DNA of 64,000 nt from Candidatus Latescibacterota bacterium (GTDB lineage Bacteria; Latescibacterota; UBA2968; UBA8231): positions 4,096,001 through 4,160,000 of the forward strand of contig OZ242214.1 in the NCBI GenBank assembly GCA_965206595.1, in the 5' to 3' direction. Of this stretch, positions 54,058 to 63,372 are shown piece after piece. Below the pieces are notes generated by a model, which had not been told where the DNA came from, made no database searches, and saw only the letters and a program-made list of their open reading frames with translations. Every line of letters begins with the position of its first letter. The stretch's first letter is position 1. Both the position numbers and the translations under genes were made by a program.

Positions 54058-54555
54058 ATGGCCGCCCCGGAAGCGCCGCGCACGCGCGTCATCGAGACCC
54101 TGGAGCGGCAGGGGATTCCCTACCGGCTGCTGCCCCACGGCAGGGAGGTGTTCACCGTGGAGGAGGCGGCCGCGCAGCGCGACGTGCTCATGGAGGAGAT
54201 GGTCAAGTCCATCCTGCTGCGCGACAAGAAGCGGCGCTACGCCATGGCCTGTGTGCGCGGCGACATGCGCGTCGACCCGAAGGCGGTGCGCGCCGTCCTG
54301 CCGGACGGGTACCAGCGCCTGCAGTTCGCCTCCGCCGAGGAGATCCGGGAGATTACCGGCAGCGTGCAGGGAGCGGTGGCCCCGGTCGGCCTTCCGGAAC
54401 AGGTCCCCGTGGTCTGCGACGAGATCATCGCCCGCTGCGAGCGCGTCAACCTCAGCAGCGGAGACCCGGCGATGGGCCTGGAGATGAGGGGGAGCGACCT
54501 GCTCGCCGTCAGCCGGGCCACAATCGCCGCCATCGCCGAACCTCTGGAGGAGTGA
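54058..54555 (+). CDS. YbaK/EbsC (aminoacyl-tRNA editing) family protein
   Basis: TVEEAA, MVKSILL, ITGSVQGAVAPVG. Confidence 0.88.
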   Translation: MAAPEAPRTRVIETLERQGIPYRLLPHGREVFTVEEAAAQRDVLMEEMVKSILLRDKKRRYAMACVRGDMRVDPKAVRAVLPDGYQRLQFASAEEIREITGSVQGAVAPVGLPEQVPVVCDEIIARCERVNLSSGDPAMGLEMRGSDLLAVSRATIAAIAEPLEE

Positions 54556-54633
54556 GGCGGTTCACCACTGCATTAACCCTCACCGGAATTGCCGGCGCGC
54601 CCGGCGCCGGAAAAGGCGGGAGAAGAAGAAGAG

Positions 54634-55500
54634 ATGAACAACGGATCGAAGCCCCTGCTGTTCGAGCAGAGCAAGGTGGCGTACGTCGATGTCGACGCCC
54701 TCGACCTGCCGCGGACCAACACGGACGGTGAGGCGGTCGCGGCCCTGACCCCCGAGCAGAGGTACCTGTTCGACACCCAGGGCTGGCTGCTGGTGCCGGG
54801 CCTGCTCGGCCGGGAGGAGGTCGAGGAGATGCGGGAGTTCTGCTACCGGCTCAAGCGCGAGCCGGAATCGCTGCCGGAGCATCAGCGCTCCGCGGTGGCC
54901 GGCCCTCTCGAGCGCCTGACCGACCACCCGTTCATCGTCGGGTTCATGAACGAGTTCCTCGCTCATCCCGACCTGTCGAGCCAGGACTGTTACGGCTTCC
55001 GCATGGAGTCGACCTCCCTGTGCGTGCGCGGCAACGGCGAGGGCTCCCCGGTGCCGCACAACGGCAACGGCCTCTGGCGCATGCCGGGGGATTCCCACAA
55101 CTACCACTGCGTTCCCGGCAAGGCGAACAGCGGCCTGACCTGCGTCGTCTGGGAGCTGAACGAGGTCGAGAAGGGGAGAGGCGGCACCCTGCTGCTGTCC
55201 GGCAGTCACAAGGCGGTATTTCTCGCCCCCGAGAGCCTGCGGGATCCCGACTGCCCGCTGTGGACGACCTATGCCTGCCCGGCCGGATCGCTGCTGATCT
55301 TCGCCGAGAGCACGACCCATTCGACCTCCCCCTGGCGCAGCGCCGAGCGGGACCGCGTCGCCATCTTCAGCCGCTACAACCACGTCAACAGCAAGTGGCA
55401 CAAGTGGCAGCCCCATCCGCAGTACCTCGAGAGTCTGCCCCCCAAGCGCCGCACCCTGTTCCGGCCGATCCACGTCGAGGCCAATCTCGTGGAGCCCTGA
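54634..55500 (+). CDS. PhyH-like Fe/2OG enzyme, non-canonical (HNG; FAESTTH)
   Basis: YLFDTQGWLLVP, GSHK; paralogue of 51869 (shared PPKR.TLFR). Confidence 0.85.
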   Translation: MNNGSKPLLFEQSKVAYVDVDALDLPRTNTDGEAVAALTPEQRYLFDTQGWLLVPGLLGREEVEEMREFCYRLKREPESLPEHQRSAVAGPLERLTDHPFIVGFMNEFLAHPDLSSQDCYGFRMESTSLCVRGNGEGSPVPHNGNGLWRMPGDSHNYHCVPGKANSGLTCVVWELNEVEKGRGGTLLLSGSHKAVFLAPESLRDPDCPLWTTYACPAGSLLIFAESTTHSTSPWRSAERDRVAIFSRYNHVNSKWHKWQPHPQYLESLPPKRRTLFRPIHVEANLVEP

Positions 55501-55632
55501 AAGCGGATGGACCGCGGTGGCGACACCGGAAGTCTCCGGCCTGTATCGGTGCCGGTTGCAGCGACAAGTGGATGGGCATGGCGGCCCTGGAAAAGGCGGA
55601 ATCAGGTGGCAACCTCAACAACCTGGCCTTGG

Positions 55633-55758
55633 CAGCCCGTTGAAACAGTCAATCCGGGCTGTGGCCGCCCTGTCGGTCGCGAACCCTTGCGGGTCGCACG
55701 CCTTGTCTTCGACCGCCATGACTCGGCTTCCCTTACAGGGCAAATTGACAACGGGCTG
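55633..55758. mobile_element. Putative 126-bp MITE
   Basis: Terminal IRs CAGCCCGTTGAAA / TTGACAACGGGCTG; non-coding. Confidence 0.5.
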
Positions 55759-55871
55759 TCAGGGTTTTTTGGAAGTCCACGGCAGTGACAGGGAAACCTG
55801 CCCGGCATACTATTGTGCGCCGGAAGGCCCCGTCGGGAAGGGCAGTACCGGCAGCGCAAAGGACACATCCT

Positions 55872-56675
55872 ATGGAACTGACCAAGGAGCAGTTGCAACA
55901 GTTCGAAGCCTTCGGGTTTCTGCATCTGAAGCAGCTTTTTTCCCACCCCGAGACCGCGGAGATCGCCGCCGCGGCCAGCGAGGTCTGGGCCGCCGAGCTC
56001 GGACGCCCGCCCCGCGATAGCGACTGCCTGTCCGTCTCCGGCGTGGTCGAGGGCCACCCGCGGCTGACCGAGCTGCTCGTCCTCGACGAGCGCCTGTACC
56101 GGCCGCTCCGGCAGCTGCTCGGCGACGGCATGATCTGGTCGGGGTCGGAGGGGAACCGGGGATTCGAGGAAGGGAGGACCTTCCACCACTGGCACGCCGA
56201 CCGGCCAGGCGAGCGCGAGCTGGGGTACCTGCGCATCAAGGTGATGATCTACCTCGACCCGATGCGCCGGGAGCAGGGCGCCTTTCGCGTGATACCGGGC
56301 TCCCACCAGCCCGGTTTCCACGAGATGCTGCAGCCGATGCAGAAGGCCCACGTCGAAGGCTCGCCCGTTTTCTTCGGGATCGACGGCGCCGACATCCTCT
56401 GCTACGCCGTCGAGACCGACCCCGGGGACGCCGTCCTGTTTTCGCAGAACCTGTTCCACGCGGTCTACGGGAAGACCGGTCCGAGGCGCTACATCGCCCT
56501 CAAGTACGCCTCGCGCCCCTCCGGCGACGCCGATCTCGCTTCGCTCTACGAGTGGTCGCCGTACGCCTTCGAGCCGCACCAGGCGTACACCGGCAGCGAC
56601 GATCCGCGCCTTCAAGGGATGGTTCGCGGCCTTCCCGACCTCGGCAAGAAGGCCGCCGTTTTCCCGTATCCATAA
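55872..56675 (+). CDS. PhyH-family Fe/2OG dioxygenase
   Basis: FEAFGFL, WHAD, VIPGSH, LFHA, RR. Confidence 0.9.
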   Translation: MELTKEQLQQFEAFGFLHLKQLFSHPETAEIAAAASEVWAAELGRPPRDSDCLSVSGVVEGHPRLTELLVLDERLYRPLRQLLGDGMIWSGSEGNRGFEEGRTFHHWHADRPGERELGYLRIKVMIYLDPMRREQGAFRVIPGSHQPGFHEMLQPMQKAHVEGSPVFFGIDGADILCYAVETDPGDAVLFSQNLFHAVYGKTGPRRYIALKYASRPSGDADLASLYEWSPYAFEPHQAYTGSDDPRLQGMVRGLPDLGKKAAVFPYP

Positions 56676-56684
56676 GGTCCACCG

Positions 56685-57515
56685 ATGAATGCTGCAGAGC
56701 TGTACGAATTCGACCGCCAGGGGTATCTCGTCATCGAGGAGCTGCTGACCCCGGACGAAGTCGCCTCCCTGGCGGAGGCGGTCGACCTTCTGGAAGAGCA
56801 CGCCGTCGCTCACGTCGACGAGCCGCCGCGCAAGAAGAGCCCCTGGGGAGCGGAGTACCACCGCAATCCGGACATGGGGTACCACGTGCAGGGATCGAAC
56901 GCCGAGGGCAGGACGATCATCATCGAGGATTTCTGGAACGCCGACCCCGCCTTCGACCTGCTGCTCGGCCACGGGCCGACCATGAAGTACGTGCACGCGG
57001 TGGTCCAGGGGCGGCCGACGATCAACAACTCGGAGATCCGCATCCGCTACACCGGCAACCAGAGCCGCAACCACGGCAGCGGGGCCCGCGAGGGTAACGG
57101 CAAGTACCGCTACCACTTCAACAGCCACGGCATCGACTGCATGATGGTGCGCATGGTCTATTTCCTGCACGACGTCGACAACGAGCAGGGGGCTTTCTGC
57201 GTCGTTCCCGGAACCCACAAGGCGAACTTTCAGTGCCCGTACGACAACGACCCGGACGTCGAGCCGGGAGTGGTCGGCCTCGAGGTTCGCGCCGGGGACG
57301 CCGTCTTCTTCACCGAGAGCCTGCGCCACGGGGGGCTGACCAATCGCTCCCCCCAGGTGCGCAAGACCCTGCACGTGGGGTACGGCCCGCACTTCATGAT
57401 GTCGCAGAACATCGCCACCATGGACGAGCTGCCGTACATCACCGCGGCGACGAAGACCCGCCTCAGCGAGGACCAGTACAACCTGTTCCGGCCGTATCCG
57501 GAAAACGGCAGATGA
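56685..57515 (+). CDS. PhyH-like Fe/2OG enzyme, non-canonical (HGS; FTESLRH)
   Basis: FDRQGYLVI, VVPGTHK, HGG...RK. Confidence 0.87.
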   Translation: MNAAELYEFDRQGYLVIEELLTPDEVASLAEAVDLLEEHAVAHVDEPPRKKSPWGAEYHRNPDMGYHVQGSNAEGRTIIIEDFWNADPAFDLLLGHGPTMKYVHAVVQGRPTINNSEIRIRYTGNQSRNHGSGAREGNGKYRYHFNSHGIDCMMVRMVYFLHDVDNEQGAFCVVPGTHKANFQCPYDNDPDVEPGVVGLEVRAGDAVFFTESLRHGGLTNRSPQVRKTLHVGYGPHFMMSQNIATMDELPYITAATKTRLSEDQYNLFRPYPENGR

Positions 57516-57534
57516 CCACAAAGGAGGATTCGAG

Positions 57535-58275
57535 ATGAGTGCCAGCGGCAACGGAGTCCCGCCGAAGGAAGCGGGGGAAACGCGAGTCGTCTACCTCGGC
57601 GGCGATCAGCTTCACAACCACATGGGGCAGCGTCAATCGATCCAGCAGGTGCTCGGCGGGACCGGGTGGCGGCTGCTGTTCACCCAGGACGCGCGCCAGG
57701 TCACGCCCGAGGTCGTCGCCGGCACCGATCTGCTGTTGATCACGCGCTGGGGCGGCCCCATCGAGGGATGGTGCCCCGACCCCTTTCACGAGGGCTCCAT
57801 GGAGAACGACGGGTACATGAGCGCCGAGCTCGAGGAGGCGATCGTCGACAACGTCGTCAACCGCGGCATGGGGTTCATGGCCCTGCACTGCACCTGCTGG
57901 TCGCCGGACCAGGTGAAGTTCAGCGAGATGATGGGGATCGAGGGAATCATGCACGGGCCGGTGCAGGACGTCTCCATGTACAACTTCAACCCCGATCACC
58001 CGGTCAGCGCCGGGATCGAGGATTTCGTCCTGCCGGAGGACGAGAACTTCGGGGTCATCCTCAAGCACCCGGACGCGGTCCCGCTCTACGAGACCCTCGG
58101 CGCCAAGGACAAGAGGCACGACATCGCCGGCTGGGCCCTGGAGAACGGCAACGGCCGCGTCGTCGGCCTCGTCGCCGGGCACACCTACACCGCCTGGCGC
58201 CACGCCACCTACCGGAAGCTGTACTGGCGCGGTGCCCACTGGGCGCTGGGACGCGACATCCCGGAGTCCGGATGA
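57535..58275 (+). CDS. ThuA-like (class I glutamine amidotransferase fold) protein
   Basis: GGDQLH, GMGFMALH, HPVSAGIEDF...DE, GRVVGLVAGH. Confidence 0.82.
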   Translation: MSASGNGVPPKEAGETRVVYLGGDQLHNHMGQRQSIQQVLGGTGWRLLFTQDARQVTPEVVAGTDLLLITRWGGPIEGWCPDPFHEGSMENDGYMSAELEEAIVDNVVNRGMGFMALHCTCWSPDQVKFSEMMGIEGIMHGPVQDVSMYNFNPDHPVSAGIEDFVLPEDENFGVILKHPDAVPLYETLGAKDKRHDIAGWALENGNGRVVGLVAGHTYTAWRHATYRKLYWRGAHWALGRDIPESG

Positions 58276-58324
58276 TCCGCATCGCCGATACCGCCAATCG
58301 GTTTCACCGGGGAAAGCGGCGCCG

Positions 58325-59929
58325 GTGAGCGGCGGCGGGCAGGTCCTGTCCGCGGCGGGCCACGAGCACTTCCTCGAGCACGGGTACGTCGTCGTGCCCA
58401 ACGCCGTCTCTCCCGATACGATTTCCGCGGTGCTTCCTGAGCTGGAGGAAGACAACGGCAAAGGCCGGGACCTCCCCGGGATCCGCGCCTGCGCCAGCGA
58501 GCGCCTGATCGCCGCGGTCGCCGAGCTGTTCGGCCCCGGAAACGAACCGGTGCGCAAGACCAGCGGCCGGGACATGGTCCGCCCTTACGAACCGGAGGCG
58601 CACTGGGGCGGCCTGAGCGCTCACGTCGACGACGCCTACCCCACCCTGATGCCGAACGGCTGGGCAATCGGCTGCTTCCTCTTCCTGACCCGCGTCAGAT
58701 CCCGGGGGGGTGCCTTCATCTTTTTTCCCGGCTCTCCCTGGCGCAACCGCGGGCTGATGGAGGAGAACTGGCAGGCCGCCAAGGATGCGGTGGCGCTACC
58801 GGAGAACTCCGGGCCGCCGCGGGAATTCCTCGCCGAGCCCGGGGACGCCATCCTCTTCCACCACCTCATGGGGCACTGCGGCTCTCCCAACGTCTCGGAC
58901 CCGGAGGTGACCCGTCACGCCGTGCTGACCCGCTGGCGCCCGCAGCGGCGCATCGTCCCCGGGATGAAGCCGTTGGCCGGCATGACGACCATCGAGAAGG
59001 CGAACTCCGCCCGCTACGCCGCCCGTCGCCGGCAACGCCCGCAGCCGGAGCGAACCGGAGACGACCCCGAGACCTGCGCCGTCCTCGCCGAAGGGTTGCC
59101 CGGGTTGGGCGGTGTGGCCGCCTGCGCCCTCCTCCATCACGGGGGCGGCGTTCACCTGTTCTACGCCGCCGATCATGCGGCCGGGGTGAGCCATCTCTTC
59201 AGCCGCGACCTCGTTCGCTGGGAGCGCCGACCGGTGGCCGGAGTCGCCGCGGCGAAAGTGCGCTCCCTGCAGGTGCACCAGTACGGCCTCGACGTCATCC
59301 TCGCGGTCACCTCGCCTGAAGGCCGGGCCGTCCTGCACTCGTCGCGGGACTGCGCAGCCTGGAAGGAGATCGGTCTCGTCCACGGCTGCGAGACCGCCAC
59401 CCCGTGGTTCACCTACTTCAAGTACGCGAGCAAGCTGGCGAAGAACCACACCCTGTTCACTGTCCCCGCCGGCAGCCCGGGCGAGATCCTCTGCACCTGG
59501 GGGGAGCGCTGGGAAGAGGCCGCGGTCTGGAAGACGCAGTCGCTTGCCGCCCGCGCCCCGGAAGGCCGGCGCATCGTCGATGTCACGATCGCGGCCCAGT
59601 ACTCGGAGACCGAGTGCGCCTTCGTCGCCGACCTTCGGGATCCTGAGGGGGAGGGGACCTTGCCGCACTACGCCCTGACGCGGGATACCGCCGCCGAGGG
59701 GGTCGCCCTGAAACCGCTGCCCTTTTGCGGCGTCTCTGCCCCGCGCTCGGTGCGCGTGCTGAACAGGGCGCAGAGCTATTGGCTGGTGGGCTTCCTGGCG
59801 CGTGCTCCCGGCGGGGAGGACCGCCTGTTCTGGGGGGAAATCGACTGGTCGCTCCCCGGCCCGGCGCTGGTCCCGCTGGACAGTCCCGATTGCCTCGACG
59901 AGGCGCGCGCCATCGTGGGGATGCTGTAG
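58325..59929 (+). CDS. PhyH domain fused to an uncharacterised C-terminal (propeller-like) domain
   Basis: FLEHGYVVV, AHVD, PGDAILFHHLMGH; C-terminal half SRDLVRW, SRDCAAW. Confidence 0.78.
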   Translation: MSGGGQVLSAAGHEHFLEHGYVVVPNAVSPDTISAVLPELEEDNGKGRDLPGIRACASERLIAAVAELFGPGNEPVRKTSGRDMVRPYEPEAHWGGLSAHVDDAYPTLMPNGWAIGCFLFLTRVRSRGGAFIFFPGSPWRNRGLMEENWQAAKDAVALPENSGPPREFLAEPGDAILFHHLMGHCGSPNVSDPEVTRHAVLTRWRPQRRIVPGMKPLAGMTTIEKANSARYAARRRQRPQPERTGDDPETCAVLAEGLPGLGGVAACALLHHGGGVHLFYAADHAAGVSHLFSRDLVRWERRPVAGVAAAKVRSLQVHQYGLDVILAVTSPEGRAVLHSSRDCAAWKEIGLVHGCETATPWFTYFKYASKLAKNHTLFTVPAGSPGEILCTWGERWEEAAVWKTQSLAARAPEGRRIVDVTIAAQYSETECAFVADLRDPEGEGTLPHYALTRDTAAEGVALKPLPFCGVSAPRSVRVLNRAQSYWLVGFLARAPGGEDRLFWGEIDWSLPGPALVPLDSPDCLDEARAIVGML

Positions 59930-60045
59930 TGTTGCGCGCGCAATTCCGCGTGAATTCGCTCGCCGTACACCCCCGGTACGGTTCGCTCTGGCGCCCCGCG
60001 AGCAGGGTGCGGGGCTCTCGTTCGTCCGCATTCCTGCGCGCAGGA
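59930..60045 (+). repeat. Degenerate dispersed repeat related to 34443-34595
   Basis: TTCGCTCGCCGTAC at 59955-59968; CGTTCGTCCGC at 60019-60029. Confidence 0.55.
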
Positions 60046-60094
60046 ACAAGGTGGCGGAAATGGCCTCGCTTCAGAGCAGAACAGGTTTGAGCGG

Positions 60095-60922
60095 ATGGCG
60101 GTAGTCCTGGTCACCGGCGCCAGCGGGTTCATCGGCCGCAGCCTGGCGGCGGAACTTGCCGGGCGCCACGACGTCATTGGCATGAGCCGCAACGATCCGG
60201 GGCTCGACCTGCCGTGGGTGAAGGGGGAGTTCTTCGCCTGGGAGGACCTGCTGCGGCTCGACGGCCACGACATAGACGTCGCCGTGCACCTCGCCGCGGT
60301 GCTGGCGAACGTCCACGAGCGCGAGCAGATGCGGGTAAACGTCGAGGGCACCCGCTGCCTGATGCGCTACCTGATCGATCGCGGCTGCAGGAAGTTCGTC
60401 ACCGCCAGCTCGATCGCCGCCGTCGGTATCCAGGATACGAGGTTCCGCCCACTGCAGCTCCCGGTGCCCGACGACCATCCCTGCCTCGACCGCTCGGGAT
60501 ACGGGTTCTCCAAGTACATGATGGAAGAGGTGACCCGGTACTGCCAGCGCCAGAACGAGGAGGTCGACGTCATCAACCTGCGGCTCTCCTCAGTGGCTCC
60601 CGACGGCAGCATGCCGGAGAAGCGCACCGTCTCCCCCTTGCGGAACTGGAGCCTGGGGTCGATCACCCTCATGTGTCTGTCGGACGCCGTCCGCGCCTTC
60701 GCGCTGGCCGCCGAGGCGCCTCACCGAGCCGGCGTCCGAACCCTGAATGCCGCCTCTCCCCGGGCCTGGGTGGCCGACCCTGTGGCCGACATCCTGCGCG
60801 GATGGTGGGGAGGCGAAGTCGACGTCAGCTGCTTCGAGCAGCCGGGGCGGGAGTTCGACTCGGCGTACGACGTGACGGGGATAGAGAAGGAGCTCGGATT
60901 CGTCGCCGAGGTTACTGAGTGA
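60095..60922 (+). CDS. NAD-dependent epimerase/dehydratase
   Basis: VTGASGFIG, HLAA, ASS, YGFSK. Confidence 0.9.
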   Translation: MAVVLVTGASGFIGRSLAAELAGRHDVIGMSRNDPGLDLPWVKGEFFAWEDLLRLDGHDIDVAVHLAAVLANVHEREQMRVNVEGTRCLMRYLIDRGCRKFVTASSIAAVGIQDTRFRPLQLPVPDDHPCLDRSGYGFSKYMMEEVTRYCQRQNEEVDVINLRLSSVAPDGSMPEKRTVSPLRNWSLGSITLMCLSDAVRAFALAAEAPHRAGVRTLNAASPRAWVADPVADILRGWWGGEVDVSCFEQPGREFDSAYDVTGIEKELGFVAEVTE

Positions 60923-60958
60923 GCCCCAGTTCGGGGAACGACTGAGGAAAGGATCGAT

Positions 60959-61705
60959 ATGAAAGGGGTAGTTCTCGCAGGCGGCCTGGGCACACGCCTG
61001 CAGCCGTTGACGCGCATAACCAACAAGCACCTGTTGCCGGTGTACGACAGGCCGATGATCTACTACCCGATACAGATGCTCGTCGACGCCGGCATCGCCG
61101 ACATCATGGTGGTGACCGGGGGCAACGCCGCGGGGGACTTCCTCCGTCTCATACGCAACGGCGAGGACTTCGGCCTGTCGCGCATCAACTACGCCTACCA
61201 GAAAGGGGAGGGGGGGATCGCCGAAGCCCTCGGCCTCTGCCGGGAGTTCGCCGGCGACGACAAGCTGATCGTCGTCCTCGGGGACAACATCCTCGAGATG
61301 GGGATCGCCGCCGGGGTCGAGGCCTTCGCCTCCCAGGAAGCCGGCGCCCGCATCTTTCTCAAGCAGGTCGACCACCCCTGGGAGTACGGCATCGCCGAGA
61401 CCGACCGCGACCGCGTCGTACGCATCATCGAGAAACCGCAGGATCCCCCGACCGACCTCGCCGTCATCGGGGTGTACATGTATCCCCCCGACGTATTCGA
61501 CATCATCACCACCCTGGAGCCCTCGGGCCGCGGCGAACTCGAGATCACCGACGTCAACAACGCCTACATCGAGCGCGGCGAGATGCAGTTCGGGATGCTC
61601 GAAGGCTGGTGGATGGACGCCGGCGAGAACCACGAGTCGCTGTTGCAGGCCAACATGGCGGTCGCCCGGCTGGCCGGTGTCGAGATCCAGGGAGCGCTGC
61701 CTTGA
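60959..61705 (+). CDS. rmlA: Glucose-1-phosphate thymidylyltransferase (short form)
   Basis: LAGGLGTRLQPLT..NKHLLPVYDRPMIYYP, LGDN, EKP, RGELEITD. Confidence 0.85.
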   Translation: MKGVVLAGGLGTRLQPLTRITNKHLLPVYDRPMIYYPIQMLVDAGIADIMVVTGGNAAGDFLRLIRNGEDFGLSRINYAYQKGEGGIAEALGLCREFAGDDKLIVVLGDNILEMGIAAGVEAFASQEAGARIFLKQVDHPWEYGIAETDRDRVVRIIEKPQDPPTDLAVIGVYMYPPDVFDIITTLEPSGRGELEITDVNNAYIERGEMQFGMLEGWWMDAGENHESLLQANMAVARLAGVEIQGALP

Positions 61706-62373
61706 CCCTTCAGCGGGTCCCCGAGCCGGAGCTGATGTCGGTCGAGGATCAGGCGCGGGCTTACGCCGGCGCCGATTTCGAGGAGCCGCACGGCCACTTC
61801 ATCCGCCGCCTGCAGGAACGGCTTCCGGGGCTGCCGGAGCGGGGAACGGCGCTCGATCTCGGCTGCGGCCCCGCGGACATCGGCATCCGTTTCGCGCGCG
61901 CCTTTCCCGGCTGGAAGGTGCACGGCCTCGACGGTTCGGCCGCCATGCTGGCGCTCGCGCGCGAGGCGGTCGACGGCGCCGGCCTCGGGGATCGCGTCGA
62001 GCTGGTCGAAGCGCGGCTGCAGGAACGGCGCCCCCCGGCCGGGGCTTACGATCTCGTGTTCTCCAACAGCCTCCTCCACCATCTCGAAGATCCGGCGATT
62101 CTGTGGGAATCGGTCCGGGTTCACGCGGGGCCCAATGGCCGGGTGTTCGTCATGGACCTGATGCGCCCCGATAGCGAGCGTCAGCTTCAAGAGCTCGCGG
62201 CGACCTACCGCGACGAGCCGGAGGTGCTGCAACGGGATTACTGCAATTCCCTGCGCGCCGCGTACCGCCTCGATGAAGTCCGCCGGCAACTGGATGGGAG
62301 CGGCCTGTCCGGACTGCAGGCCGCGACCGCGTCCGACCGCCACCTGATGGTCTGGGGACCGGGCTCCGTCTGA
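61702..62373 (+). CDS. Class I SAM-dependent methyltransferase
   Basis: RVPEPELM, LDLGCGPAD, SNSLLHH, DLMRP. Confidence 0.88.
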   Translation: MTLQRVPEPELMSVEDQARAYAGADFEEPHGHFIRRLQERLPGLPERGTALDLGCGPADIGIRFARAFPGWKVHGLDGSAAMLALAREAVDGAGLGDRVELVEARLQERRPPAGAYDLVFSNSLLHHLEDPAILWESVRVHAGPNGRVFVMDLMRPDSERQLQELAATYRDEPEVLQRDYCNSLRAAYRLDEVRRQLDGSGLSGLQAATASDRHLMVWGPGSV

Positions 62374-62418
62374 TATGGATCCTGCGGCGTCAGGGCGTAC
62401 GAATGAAAGGAAGCCTCA

Positions 62419-63264
62419 GTGAAACAGGAAGATTTCGATTTCTTCAAGGAAAACGGCTACCTCCTGCTCGAACCGTTTCTGAGCGACGAGGAGGTAGCCC
62501 GCTTTGTCGAGGTATTCGAACGGGAACGACGGGATTTCGGCCGTTTCTGGACCGAAAACGGCATCTGGCAGACCCAGTACTGCCAGTCGCTGCTGACGGC
62601 GCCCGAGTTCGATGAAGTCATCCGCCACCCCAATGCCATGGAGCCCCTCCGGGAGTTGATGGGCGGCGAAGTCTGCTTCGGGCAAATCTGCCTCAACAAC
62701 ATGGGGCCGTACGAGGGTGAGCCGGTACCCGGCATGACGTCGTGGGATGGACCCGTAGGGCGCCGCTGGCATCGCGACGGGGGGGCACGGCTCATGTGGC
62801 GGGAACATCCGCTGCGCATCGGCTATATGAGGCTGCAGCTCTACCTGACCGACGTCAGCGATACGACCCACAGCTTTGCCCTTTCGCCCGAATCGATAGA
62901 TCAGGAGATCCTGAACAAGGAAGCTCAGCTGGCACGGGGCGGAATCCGCGACCTGCAGGGCCCTGCGGGCACGGCGGTACTGTTCAACGTATCCTGCTTG
63001 CACACGGTCAGCATACGTCCGACACAGGCCGAACGAAAAACCGTGGGGATCTACTACGGTCATCGGCACCGGGAGTACCACAGCGATCATACCTATATCC
63101 CCCCCTCGCTTTGGCGGGACCACCCGGACGGGGAAGTTCGCGGATTCTACGGCCTTCTCAATGGCAAAACCCGGACCTACCTGGAGCGCACGGCCGCGCG
63201 CGGGGAGGTTTCCGCGAACGAGGCGCTGGAGATTCTGGACGATATTCCGCCGGCACGGCCATGA
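62419..63264 (+). CDS. PhyH-family Fe/2OG dioxygenase
   Basis: FFKENGYL, WHRD, GPAGTAVLFN..CLH, RK. Confidence 0.87.
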   Translation: MKQEDFDFFKENGYLLLEPFLSDEEVARFVEVFERERRDFGRFWTENGIWQTQYCQSLLTAPEFDEVIRHPNAMEPLRELMGGEVCFGQICLNNMGPYEGEPVPGMTSWDGPVGRRWHRDGGARLMWREHPLRIGYMRLQLYLTDVSDTTHSFALSPESIDQEILNKEAQLARGGIRDLQGPAGTAVLFNVSCLHTVSIRPTQAERKTVGIYYGHRHREYHSDHTYIPPSLWRDHPDGEVRGFYGLLNGKTRTYLERTAARGEVSANEALEILDDIPPARP

Positions 63265-63372
63265 GGTCGCCGGGACGCTAACGGAGGCTTCGCCGATGAC
63301 ACCGGGCCACCACCGCCAGAGACGGCTCGGGTGGACGACTTCCTGGCCTGGAATGGCAGCTTCCAGGCAGGC

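Noticed and set aside
55602-57551. Long antisense ORFs (also 39768..41615, 25247..27037, 23009..24754)
   Set aside because: Shadow ORFs typical of high-GC coding DNA, lying opposite well-supported genes.
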